A DNA stretch of 64,000 nucleotides, taken from Bacteriovoracaceae bacterium (GTDB lineage: Bacteria; Bdellovibrionota; Bacteriovoracia; Bacteriovoracales; Bacteriovoracaceae). The notes below the pieces were generated by a model. It was not told the origin of the DNA and did no database searches. It worked only from the letters and a program-made list of their open reading frames with translations. A program made the translations under genes and the position numbers. The stretch covers positions 62,001 to 126,000 of the forward strand of contig JABIHA010000084.1 of assembly GCA_018649885.1 (NCBI GenBank), read 5' to 3'. Below, piece by piece: positions 49,545-59,062 of the stretch. How positions within the stretch are numbered: the first letter of the stretch is position 1; the number at the start of each line of letters is the position of its first letter.

Positions 49545-52073
49545 CTATATTGGAAATTTTCTTATTTCAGCTTTTTTTAATATATGTCCTAAGGTAATCC
49601 TTTTTTGTTCCGTTCCTCTGTCGATCCAAAGTTCTGCTTGTTCATAGTCCAATATATCTCTCTCAGCACCGTAGTAAATAATAACCTCACCTGAATATGC
49701 CGGCCTTACAACAATGTTAATTTCATTGTTGTCTTTTTTGATTCCACTTAAAACTGTCGGCGCAATTTCTTCTGAGTTTGTAATGTCGTAATTGGAAAGA
49801 GTGCTTAAGTGTTGAATTACATTTTGTTTAGCCCTGCCAATTAAGCTTTGAGCATAAACGAACATATCTGTTGTTGGTGTAGACTCATGAGAAAATAGTT
49901 CTGCCAAGTTCTTGTCTTGAATAGCTTTTTCCCATTCTTCTATGGATGTTATTCCCATGTTTGCGATAATTTCTTCTGTGATAGGTAATAATGACCCAGA
50001 GCTTACTTCTCTTGATTTGATTAATCTTCTCAGCTCTTCAAGGTTATTTGCACCACAATCGATAATAAGTTCATCTAATTGTTCAGCTTTGTTCATGTTT
50101 TCCATGATTTCATCTTCGTTATATAGAATATGTTTTCGACTATACAAGTCTGGAAAATGCTTTCTTGCTAGTTCTGGTGCATCCTTAAACCAACCAAGCA
50201 GCTTCTTGAAAGCCTCATTATCATTTTGAGTCTTTTCTACCATTAAATATTTCTGCATGACATTACTTGAAATCTCTTTTATTAGACAGGGGAGATCAAT
50301 GATTCTGTCTTCAGGAATTTCAATATTCACACCTGTAACTACTAAACGACTTTTAACATCATTGCCAAAATAGGTAAGTATTTCTACTAATTCATTAACT
50401 AGGTCTCCATTATCTTTATGAAGAACATCTTTCTGACAAAAAATACCATGCTGATTAGGGAAAATCGCTCTTTTGTTGATGATGGAATCAAACTCTTTTT
50501 CGTCAGTAGCTAGCATAGAGTAAAAATTATTTAACCAGTCTATAGAAGTAGCTTTATTAATAGACACAGAAAGTTGATGAAGAGTTTTTTGATTTTCAAC
50601 AAATTCGGAAAAGCGATCCGGTGTCAATCTTCCATGATTGATCCATGTAAGCTTATGCCATGTTTCGATGTCCTCTTTTCTAGGCATAGCATGAGGGAAC
50701 CATTCATTTGCTAATTCCCATATTTTCAATCTAAGCTCTTTTTTATAACCGTATGGAAATTGTATAAATTCAGTTCCGTCGCCGTTTAAGATTGCAGCAG
50801 GACTATCGCCAGCTGATGTATTTACAATTCTAGTATAGAGTAATTGGTTTTTTATTGAGGTGAGAATATTTTCATTGTACCAATCTCTTGTTATCCAATT
50901 GAGGCCATCCTTAATGTAGCCGATGTTTGCTAAAAGATGCAGATTTTTCCAACTACTTGCTGTAGCTGTTTGCAGTAAATTGCAAAATAGTTCGATAGCT
51001 TCTAAAAGAATTGTTCGATTTTCATTCACGAGTATATTTTCTCTTTGCCCCGAGTTTAAAAATATACCATCTCTTGGATCAGTTGGATTAAAATGTGGGT
51101 TATTTACTATTACTGGAAAGGGGAAAGCTTCGGTACCAACAAGAGGAAAATCACAAAACAATTTAGGCACTTCATCTGGGATTGGTTGAATTGTAACATT
51201 ATTTTCCTCTATTCTTATTGGTAGAGCAATTGTTGTGAAACCTTTTGTTAAGGTTACAATGTTAAAGTAATTGGAACCGATTGAGTCCCCTTGAACCTGG
51301 ACATTATTGTAAATAACTTGATTTTCTTCGTGTGTATTAAGAGGGGCTGACGGCACATTGAAATAAACATTCTCTGGAAAAATAGATAGCTTTCTTATTT
51401 CTGGCACAAATATAAGCGAATAAGGAAGGCATTTTTTTAAATCGTCGATTCCTTTTTTCGCAATATTGAGAGCAACACAATCGTTAAGAGGGTAGGTAAA
51501 AAAAGTATTAAATGCACCTTCTTGGTAGCCATTGTATGACTGAAGCTCGTCTAAATTTTCAACGGATTTTTTTGCCAATTGAACGGCATTAATAATTTTT
51601 TGTAATTCACCTCCGCTTCTATCAAGAATTAGTTCAAAGAGCTTGTATTCTAATTCTGGTTCTTTAGCTACGGAATTGATTTTAACAGTTTCAGAAAGTA
51701 AATGAGTGGATAAAAAGCCAGTGCCAAACTTACCAGTTGTTTTCCTTTCACCATTATGATCTTTACTACGATCTTTCGTTGATATTTGCTCAATTAAAAA
51801 TCTTATATTGTCAGCGGAAAATGGTTTACCTGTGTGGCTAAAAATAATCTCACTTTTTGAAGGTGAAGTGCTGAATTGAATTTGTATATCGACACTTCCA
51901 TTTGTATGAATATCTTTCGCATTCTGAATTAGCTCCCAAATCCACCGCCTTGGTGCTGTTGATGAAACCTCGGCTTGGGACCTGAGGTCTCTCATTTCTC
52001 GATCAATCTTTGTCGCAATGTTTTGGTAGTGAGCTTTGTCTTGCGAAGCTGCAAATTTTTCCCGATATCCCAT
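49545..52073 (-). CDS. Sacsin-like GHKL (HATPase) protein
   Basis: RWIWELIQNAKD, FSHTGKPF, GKFGTGF, LFCDFPLVGTE, FNPTDPRDG. Confidence 0.85.
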   Translation of the reverse strand: MGYREKFAASQDKAHYQNIATKIDREMRDLRSQAEVSSTAPRRWIWELIQNAKDIHTNGSVDIQIQFSTSPSKSEIIFSHTGKPFSADNIRFLIEQISTKDRSKDHNGERKTTGKFGTGFLSTHLLSETVKINSVAKEPELEYKLFELILDRSGGELQKIINAVQLAKKSVENLDELQSYNGYQEGAFNTFFTYPLNDCVALNIAKKGIDDLKKCLPYSLIFVPEIRKLSIFPENVYFNVPSAPLNTHEENQVIYNNVQVQGDSIGSNYFNIVTLTKGFTTIALPIRIEENNVTIQPIPDEVPKLFCDFPLVGTEAFPFPVIVNNPHFNPTDPRDGIFLNSGQRENILVNENRTILLEAIELFCNLLQTATASSWKNLHLLANIGYIKDGLNWITRDWYNENILTSIKNQLLYTRIVNTSAGDSPAAILNGDGTEFIQFPYGYKKELRLKIWELANEWFPHAMPRKEDIETWHKLTWINHGRLTPDRFSEFVENQKTLHQLSVSINKATSIDWLNNFYSMLATDEKEFDSIINKRAIFPNQHGIFCQKDVLHKDNGDLVNELVEILTYFGNDVKSRLVVTGVNIEIPEDRIIDLPCLIKEISSNVMQKYLMVEKTQNDNEAFKKLLGWFKDAPELARKHFPDLYSRKHILYNEDEIMENMNKAEQLDELIIDCGANNLEELRRLIKSREVSSGSLLPITEEIIANMGITSIEEWEKAIQDKNLAELFSHESTPTTDMFVYAQSLIGRAKQNVIQHLSTLSNYDITNSEEIAPTVLSGIKKDNNEINIVVRPAYSGEVIIYYGAERDILDYEQAELWIDRGTEQKRITLGHILKKAEIRKFPI

Positions 52074-52360
52074 GATGCATCTATAACACAGGCAAATAGA
52101 TATATAAAATTCATTGCGGGTACTGCAATCGTGAGGTCAGCATATAGTTACTTAATATATGTAGGTTCGATCTTTTACGGCCCCCGAACTTTCGGAATTC
52201 AAAAACTGCGTAGACAACGTGTAGTCAGAATGCAGACAAACTCGGGAAATTTGCAGAAATTTTGAGAAATATGGAAGGAACAGAAAAAGTTTTGATGAAC
52301 TCAATCGTCAGTAGAATCAACCGTTTAGAATCATTTAGAAAAATTTGAAATTTGGGAATA

Positions 52361-52390
52361 AAAAAGGCCGATGTAAAAATCGGCTTTTTA
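52361..52390. terminator. Element-borne bidirectional-type terminator directly downstream of tRNA-His
   Basis: A-run, GCCGAT-GTAAAA-ATCGGC, T-run. Confidence 0.8.
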
Positions 52391-52394
52391 AAAA

Positions 52395-52471
52395 TGGGGT
52401 GGCTGATGGGACTCGAACCCACGACAAACAGAATCACAATCTGTCGCTCTACCAACTGAACTACAACCACC
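52395..52471 (-). tRNA. tRNA-His (GTG)
   Basis: G-1, acceptor GTGGTTG/CAGCCAC, C discriminator, encoded CCA; anticodon arm ACAGA-TTGTGAT-TCTGT; GTTCGAG T-loop. Confidence 0.97.
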
Positions 52472-52564
52472 ACTGAAATTCAGCTCTTATTAATATTAAA
52501 CGGCCCGTGGATAGTCAATAAATATGTGTTTTCTAAAGGCAATTGTGTCAGTAATATTGGCGAC

Positions 52565-53281
52565 ATGTGTGGAAGATATTCTTTATATGCACCCAAGGTC
52601 GCCTTTGAGGCCTACTATGATTTGGAAATTCCAGGTGAATGCTGGGGTGAGGCAAAATATAATGTGACTCCTGGGGCTCAGTGTCCGGTAATTATCTATG
52701 ATTTTAATAACGCAAAGAGGCTAGCTGCAAGTATGCAGTGGGGTTTTGTTCCACACTGGTCAAATAGTGGGAAGGCCCAGATTAATGCACGGGTTGAAAC
52801 CATTCATGAGAAGCCCAGCTTTAGAGAGTCCTTTGCCAGCAAAAGGTGTCTGGTACTGGCGAATTCGTTTTTTGAGTGGTTTTACGACGGCTCAGATCCG
52901 GCTCCTCAAAGAGTGATGCTGGGTCAGGCTTCGGTGGTGACCATGGCCGGGATTTGGGATCAGCATATAACTAAAGATGGGAAAATACAGAGAACTTTCG
53001 CTATTGTGACCACTAAGGCGTGCTCGAAAGTTTCTCATATTCACCCTCGCATGCCTCTGATTTTGACCAAAAATATGCAATCTCACTGGTTGGCGGATAA
53101 AAATCTTTCAGTAGATGCCCTTCACCTTTATGCAAAAGAGCTGGATGACAATCTAGATCGATATATCGAATATCACCCAGTTACTCGCAAAGTGGGCAAA
53201 AATAGTTTTAATGAATCCGCAGCCCTGGCTCCGTGTTACCACGAGAAAAAACCCCAAAAAATTCAAACCTCTCTTTTTTGA
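52565..53281 (+). CDS. SRAP (YedK/HMCES-like) protein
   Basis: N-terminal MCGRY, YNVTP, INARVET, FFEW and IHPRMP. Confidence 0.92.
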   Translation: MCGRYSLYAPKVAFEAYYDLEIPGECWGEAKYNVTPGAQCPVIIYDFNNAKRLAASMQWGFVPHWSNSGKAQINARVETIHEKPSFRESFASKRCLVLANSFFEWFYDGSDPAPQRVMLGQASVVTMAGIWDQHITKDGKIQRTFAIVTTKACSKVSHIHPRMPLILTKNMQSHWLADKNLSVDALHLYAKELDDNLDRYIEYHPVTRKVGKNSFNESAALAPCYHEKKPQKIQTSLF

Positions 53282-53341
53282 CAACCAACGCCATTGTTCC
53301 TTACAATTTTAGTTAGGTTAATTATTTTCAAAGGTACTTCA

Positions 53342-53956
53342 ATGAGAGCTGTTAAAAATCTTTTAGGCTTATTCCTACTCACGCAGGCCTTGCAGGCTTT
53401 TGGATACGGCACTGGTATGTCGACCTATCCCACTGGACTTTCAAATCACACTATTTCAGCTGAGATGCTGGGGGTTGTGAATAACGGAAAGGGTCTAGGG
53501 ATTCAGGGACGTTATATGTTTAAGGCAAGTTCAGCCATGAGCGTTGAAGTGGGCGCCGGACTTAGTGGGGGGGAGAGATCAAATCGCTTCTTTGCTGGGG
53601 CTGATTATATGTTTTTGCCTGATTATGAAAAGCAGCCCCGTTTTTCTGTTAAGGGTCTGATTGAAAATGCTGAAGAAAATGGAAAGAGAATAAATATATT
53701 GAGTATGGTCCCTACCGTGTCCAAGGGCTTTAACTTTTGGGGAACAGAGGCGTATCCCTTTGTCGCTGTACCTATAAGTCTTGGACTCGAGGGGGATTCT
53801 AAAACATATGAGTCTATGATTCAGCTCTCACTTGGCGGCTCTGGAAAGATTCCAGTAGAGGGCTATGACAAGTTTATAGCTCATATTGAAGGAAATATTA
53901 ATATTAAAGATGCCTACCACTCGGTTGCGATGGGTATCTCGTATCCAATAGATTAA
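53342..53956 (+). CDS. Probable outer-membrane beta-barrel protein
   Basis: Signal peptide, amphipathic strands, C-terminal GISYPID. Confidence 0.65.
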   Translation: MRAVKNLLGLFLLTQALQAFGYGTGMSTYPTGLSNHTISAEMLGVVNNGKGLGIQGRYMFKASSAMSVEVGAGLSGGERSNRFFAGADYMFLPDYEKQPRFSVKGLIENAEENGKRINILSMVPTVSKGFNFWGTEAYPFVAVPISLGLEGDSKTYESMIQLSLGGSGKIPVEGYDKFIAHIEGNINIKDAYHSVAMGISYPID

Positions 53957-53959
53957 GCG

Positions 53960-54706
53960 TTGAAACAAAAAATAGTTTTTTCGGATTTTGATGGGACCCT
54001 GACAGTCAATGGATTGTTAGACCCAGCATTATTCGAGATTATAGGTCTTCTCAAGGATGAGAGGACCACCCTTATTATTGTCTCAGGGAGATCCCTGTCC
54101 TGGGGACACTTTCTTCTGACCCATTTACCGCTCGATATTATCATCATGGAAGGTGGGGGAGTGGTTCTTCGTAAACTTGCTCCAGAAAATATTGATGAGC
54201 ACTTGATGGTGGATAAGGATACTGTGGATAAGCTCGAATTTTATACCAAAGAGCTGGTTTCCAAATTTCCTAAAATTGTGCTGACGGCTGACTCTTTTGG
54301 TAGAAAGACCGATAGGGCCATCGATAAGGCCTTGATGGACTCTCTTGGCATTGATGTGAAAAAAGATGTGGAGTGGTTTTTTAAAGAGCGCGGGATTTCT
54401 CACTCCTACTCCAATGTTCATCTCAATTTTTGGATGGGAAATATTTCAAAAGCTGCTGCCTCTGAACATGTCTTAAAAAGTTACTATCCAGACCACGATC
54501 CTATGAATGATTGTCTATTCTTTGGAGATGCCCCCAACGATAGCTCAATGTTTCGCTTCTTTCCCAATTCAGTGGGAGTGAGTAACCTCTCTGAGTTTAT
54601 AACTCAGCTCGATTTCACTCCTAGGATTCTGCTCAAAGGGAAAGAAAATAGTGGCGCTTTTGGTGTTTTAAACTACCTCAAAGAGCATTTCTCAAAAAAG
54701 TCATAA
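53960..54706 (+). CDS. HAD-superfamily IIB hydrolase
   Basis: DFDGTLT, SGR, SKA and FFGDAPND. Confidence 0.9.
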   Translation: MKQKIVFSDFDGTLTVNGLLDPALFEIIGLLKDERTTLIIVSGRSLSWGHFLLTHLPLDIIIMEGGGVVLRKLAPENIDEHLMVDKDTVDKLEFYTKELVSKFPKIVLTADSFGRKTDRAIDKALMDSLGIDVKKDVEWFFKERGISHSYSNVHLNFWMGNISKAAASEHVLKSYYPDHDPMNDCLFFGDAPNDSSMFRFFPNSVGVSNLSEFITQLDFTPRILLKGKENSGAFGVLNYLKEHFSKKS

Positions 54707-54839
54707 ATTAAAAGTTTTCTTTTTTTGCTCTATAATTACGGTTAGATATCACTTGGATATTCCATTTTTTAGCTATTTGGCCCATAGGCTGAAAGCCCCT
54801 GCCCTTGCGGTGATCGCCTGTTATGCGTACTATTAAGCT

Positions 54840-55124
54840 ATGATGGGTTACGGTCAATTTTCCCCATTCCCCGATTCTTTTGAATACTTGGATGATATTA
54901 TTACCGAGTTTGAATTTCTTGAAGGAGATTTAGGAACTAAAAGAGATAGGCTTAGGGCCTTGAGGTTTCTGGTTAAACAGGCAGAGGGTATTAAAGACAC
55001 CAAAGTACGAAAGAGAATTCTTCAGCAAAAAATGAAGTTTTTGGATCCCAGGGTTTCTAAGGATGAAATCCTAGATACCTTTTTTAAGCTTTGGGAGTAC
55101 ATCGAAAAGACTAAGTTAAACTAA
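54840..55124 (+). CDS. Small hypothetical protein
   Basis: 94-aa ORF filling the gap; converges on the RluA-type gene. Confidence 0.5.
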   Translation: MMGYGQFSPFPDSFEYLDDIITEFEFLEGDLGTKRDRLRALRFLVKQAEGIKDTKVRKRILQQKMKFLDPRVSKDEILDTFFKLWEYIEKTKLN

Positions 55125-56205
55125 GGCTTTCGAATTCAGATCTCAAGAATTTCGTTATTTTCCGCTCAATTGAATCAAAGTCTAATTCAAGGTTTATAGC
55201 TATCCAGTCTTTTAAATCATCGGGGATTTTTGACTGAAAAGTTTTGCGGTAACCTTTGTAGGGCACGTTGAGGGCCAGTGCATGAAGTGCATGCCTGGGG
55301 ATTTGTATTAAATCGTACTCATCTTCATAGGCAATATCATCTTTAAGTCGACAGAACATATCCATCCCACCGTGGTAGACCTTGTCTCCCAATAGGGGAA
55401 TCCCGTGATAAGCGGCGTGAACTCTAATTTGGTGCTGTCTTCCTGTTTTGGGAAAGGCCAGCCCCAGGACGTACCCATCATCTTCCCAGAGAAGCTGATA
55501 TTTGGTTTCGGCCCATTTCCCATGACGGGAATTTTGGGGATAGGTGATCATCATTAATCTTTCGAGAGAATCAATGGGACCAGTCTCGTTTCTTCCAAGT
55601 TTTTCTGTGGCGGTAAAAGGGAAGTCATTATCGAGCTCTTTATTAGCTATAAAAAAGTAGCACTTTTTATTGAGGTTTTCTTCAAAGGCCTGTGAGAGAA
55701 GACTTGCAGCTTTAGGATTTTTACCGAGTACTAAAACTCCCGATGTTTCGCGGTCAAGTCTGTGACATGAGTAAACTTTGTGGCCCAGCATATGCTCTAG
55801 TACAACTGTAGCGCAAAAAAACAGATGTCTTCCTGTTGGGTGAGCTGCCATAAAGGGAGGCTTTGAAATGACGATGATGTCATCATCTTCATAAACAATT
55901 TCAGTGTCTTGAAGTTCTATTTTCTGACCACGAAAGTAATTATCATTGTGATCAGATTTGTGGATGGTCATTGTGATTCTCTCACCCAAATGGATTTTTG
56001 TTGAAGCTCTGTGGGGGTGAGGTCTTTGATGTTGGGGAGAGCTAATTACCACGGCCCCTTCAGCAATATTTTTTTTGATAAATTGCCTGGAGAAGCTGGG
56101 GAAAAACTCACCAATAAATTGATCTAGGCGAATTCCCTCATGGCGTTCCATTACTGGGTAAGTCGATACGTATTTATCAATTTGGAAGTCTTTTTCGATT
56201 ATCAC
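55111..56205 (-). CDS. RluA/RluD-family pseudouridine synthase
   Basis: S4-like RLDQF, ISKPP, HRLDRETSG, TGRQHQIRVH, GDKVY and ALHA. Confidence 0.92.
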   Translation of the reverse strand: MIIEKDFQIDKYVSTYPVMERHEGIRLDQFIGEFFPSFSRQFIKKNIAEGAVVISSPQHQRPHPHRASTKIHLGERITMTIHKSDHNDNYFRGQKIELQDTEIVYEDDDIIVISKPPFMAAHPTGRHLFFCATVVLEHMLGHKVYSCHRLDRETSGVLVLGKNPKAASLLSQAFEENLNKKCYFFIANKELDNDFPFTATEKLGRNETGPIDSLERLMMITYPQNSRHGKWAETKYQLLWEDDGYVLGLAFPKTGRQHQIRVHAAYHGIPLLGDKVYHGGMDMFCRLKDDIAYEDEYDLIQIPRHALHALALNVPYKGYRKTFQSKIPDDLKDWIAINLELDFDSIERKITKFLRSEFESLSLT

Positions 56206-56242
56206 TAAGGCTTTTTAGCACTGTGCCGAAGGCCTTGCAATA

Positions 56243-56572
56243 TTAAATTGGAGGGAGTTTATCTTTGATATTGGGGCATAAGTCTTTGAAAAAACTACCC
56301 TCTAACTTACTTTGTGTTAAAACGGTTTCCATTTTCCCGCCCTCTAGTGGGTCAAAGTAGCGGATTTCATAATGTGTTAGGTCATGACCTATGACTTCGA
56401 TCAAAATGCCTGGAGATCTAGAATGCCTCAGACAGGTTCCCACCGGGTATTTAAATTTGCCTTGCTTAAAGGTGATGTAAATCCCGGCCGCCAAAACTAC
56501 TACAGATGACACCCAGACAAAACTCATGATTCTATTGTAGAGCCAGTTAGTTTTGGCCCTTTTTTTACTCAA
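56243..56572 (-). CDS. Small single-TM hypothetical protein
   Basis: TM segment; 4-nt overlap with the PrkA-like gene. Confidence 0.6.
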   Translation of the reverse strand: MSKKRAKTNWLYNRIMSFVWVSSVVVLAAGIYITFKQGKFKYPVGTCLRHSRSPGILIEVIGHDLTHYEIRYFDPLEGGKMETVLTQSKLEGSFFKDLCPNIKDKLPPI

Positions 56573-58770
56573 TATTTTTCCTTAAGAAGAAGTCTCATCA
56601 GGGTTAGTGCTCCTTCTTTTGTGTAATTTTTTTCTTTTACAAGGGAGTCAGTTATGGCGTCGAGCTTTTGTTTCATCTCTTGGTTGAGCTCAGATTTTTT
56701 AACTTTTTTCCCCTCTTTATTTTGTTCAAAGTCTCTAATGTAAAAGACCAAGTGTTTGGAGATAGACTGGATCACCTTTTTTTGCTCTTCTCTAAATCCT
56801 TCCTTCAGTGATTTTACGAGACCTGGAAAAACCTCGGTGTATTTAATTGCAGCACCAGGGTTATCAAGAGAGTAAGCCCCAAGACTTGAAAGAATGTGAG
56901 AGCGAAAGATTTCAGGTTTTTCTTTAAGGCTAACATTAGACTCAAACTCATTAATAAAGAATTGGTCGGCAACTTCAAACACACCTGTAACGGGATTTTT
57001 GATCTTCTCATTTTTGATAATGGCAGTGATATTCATAATATATCTGGCTAGGTAGTCTTCGTAAGATCTGTCGTCAATAAGACCTAGGGAAGTTCTCAGC
57101 TCATGATCAAAAATATTGAGATTGTACTCTTTTAACATTTGCAGGTAGCGAGCTGGGTTATTGTAGTCACCTTGAGGAGAAAGATTTAAGAAATCGTGCT
57201 CATTTTTTCTTTCAATAAATTTTGCCAGGTATTCTAATACTTCTACAAAACTAATGGCATTATAATTTTCTGACAGCTCATAAATCAATTGTTTGACTTC
57301 TCTAGGAGAGATTCCAAATTTTCCCTCGTAAAGAGCGTCATGAATGAATTCTCTTTCCACTTGTCGTTGATTAATTCCTAGAACTTGTTTTTCTTCACTA
57401 TTAAAGCGATCAGGGATCACCCGGCTACTTAGATAAAGTGTTTTTTCAATAGGTGACAGGGAGGCTACAAGTTTTCCCAGGTTAGCATCTTGGTAATTTT
57501 TGGGAATTCCAGGTCTTATTCTAGTCATTACCGAAAATAGTGAGATAGTGTGCAGGGCCCAGGGCTCAAAGTGACACTTGTCTTTAATATTTTCAATTTG
57601 CTCTCCGTAAATACCCTCTTCATCAACAGCATTGAGAAGATAGGGAACACGAACAAAACTCATTCTTCCTTTGAAAGAATTAAAATCGGGGTGTTGTTTA
57701 AAAGCGGTGAGATGAATTTCATTGGAGCTTCCGATAAAGAAGATATCAAGCTCAGTTAAAATTCCCTGAAGATTGATATTTTTTGTCTCCATAGTCATTA
57801 GAAGATATTTATAGGTATCAAGTGGTCTTTTCAGAAGATCTGAAAATTCTAAGACCCCTCTATTGGCCATGACAACTTCACCACTTAGTTGAAACAAGTT
57901 GAGAGATTGAAGACTTGGAGGAAGTGAGGCTAGTCTTTTGTCCATGGTAATTTGCTGAATTTTTGCATCCACATGAAGTTGCGGCTCGATTGTTGTGGCC
58001 GATGTGGAGTATCTTTTGGAGATGCTAAATCTTTCAATTCGAATATGTTTAAGAAGTTCGTAGAAGTCCCCTTTGTAATTTTTTAAGAGGGCATCGTAAA
58101 TCAACCTATTTTTCTTAGAGATATCTCCCATATATAAATAGGATTTCCTAATGGTTTCGAGGAGTGCCTGATTATCTTTAAATTTTTCCTCAATGAGCTC
58201 TTGCCTGGTATCTTTGGGGAGAAGAAGCAGTGGATGATCTCTAAGTTCTGAGGCCAAAATCGCACTGATGTCCTTATCCTCAAGATGTGCAAAAGACTCT
58301 AGATCTGATGGAGTATGGGCCTGAGTTAGGCCCAGGGTTCCTTTGACGTGGCTGTCGATTGGAAAAATCCAGCTAAAGGTAAAGAGCTTTCCCTCATCTT
58401 TTTTTGAATAGTCCTCAGCAGCAGACATGATCTTTTTTATGAGAGAAGATTTGGCCGAACCATTGGGCCCAACCAGAAGAATAAATTTATTATTAAATCC
58501 CTCTTCCACAAAATTGTTGAGTTTATGATAAATCTCATTTTGGGTGTGATATTGACCAAAAACAGGAGTTGAATCTGGAAAGTCTTGGGTAAAAAGATTA
58601 AACCTTCCCCTCTTTGATTTGCCGTAATAATCAAATACATCCCTTAAATACAGGGCAGTAGTTCTAAGTTCCTTTTTAGGATTCTCTTCCAGATAATTCA
58701 TATACTCAGAAAAAGAGAGAATCTCTTCTGGGTTACTTTGGTCTTCATTTGCCTTATCTATCCACTTCAT
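56569..58770 (-). CDS. PrkA/YeaG-family AAA+ serine kinase-like protein
   Basis: LVGPNGSAKSS Walker A, ANRGVLEFSDLLKRP, VPYLL and GISPRE. Confidence 0.85.
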   Translation of the reverse strand: MKWIDKANEDQSNPEEILSFSEYMNYLEENPKKELRTTALYLRDVFDYYGKSKRGRFNLFTQDFPDSTPVFGQYHTQNEIYHKLNNFVEEGFNNKFILLVGPNGSAKSSLIKKIMSAAEDYSKKDEGKLFTFSWIFPIDSHVKGTLGLTQAHTPSDLESFAHLEDKDISAILASELRDHPLLLLPKDTRQELIEEKFKDNQALLETIRKSYLYMGDISKKNRLIYDALLKNYKGDFYELLKHIRIERFSISKRYSTSATTIEPQLHVDAKIQQITMDKRLASLPPSLQSLNLFQLSGEVVMANRGVLEFSDLLKRPLDTYKYLLMTMETKNINLQGILTELDIFFIGSSNEIHLTAFKQHPDFNSFKGRMSFVRVPYLLNAVDEEGIYGEQIENIKDKCHFEPWALHTISLFSVMTRIRPGIPKNYQDANLGKLVASLSPIEKTLYLSSRVIPDRFNSEEKQVLGINQRQVEREFIHDALYEGKFGISPREVKQLIYELSENYNAISFVEVLEYLAKFIERKNEHDFLNLSPQGDYNNPARYLQMLKEYNLNIFDHELRTSLGLIDDRSYEDYLARYIMNITAIIKNEKIKNPVTGVFEVADQFFINEFESNVSLKEKPEIFRSHILSSLGAYSLDNPGAAIKYTEVFPGLVKSLKEGFREEQKKVIQSISKHLVFYIRDFEQNKEGKKVKKSELNQEMKQKLDAITDSLVKEKNYTKEGALTLMRLLLKEKY

Positions 58771-59062
58771 CCCTGGTCCTTAATTTAGATGCTGCATATT
58801 TATACCAACTGCAAAAATTAATTATAGGATCTTGGATGCCACTTTCACCAATCTTACATCTTTGTTCAGTCGAAAAATCCTCGATGTGCCCTTGGGCACA
58901 CCTGCGGTTTTTCTTCCTCACAAAAATGTAATCTTGGCAAAACTGACATCCAATCTCCCATAATTAATTATTGCAATTGGTACTAGATAATTATATTTGT
59001 TTTGGGTGTTCACGTCACTTTTCAAAAAATGTATCCTTATATTCTTATTGGAGTAGAATTCT

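Larger units (their letters stand above)
37403..52403. mobile_element. ~15 kb integrative mobilizable element at tRNA-His
   Basis: AAAATGGGGTGGC at 37403-37415 and 52391-52403 (tRNA 3' end); tyrosine integrase, xis, relaxase, MobC; no T4SS or phage genes. Confidence 0.9.

Noticed and set aside
37403..52403. Prophage, phage satellite or self-transmissible ICE
   Set aside because: No structural, terminase, primase, VirB4 or coupling-protein genes; only int, xis, relaxase and MobC.
52225..52473. 82-aa minus-strand ORF
   Set aside because: It reads through tRNA-His and its terminator; spurious.
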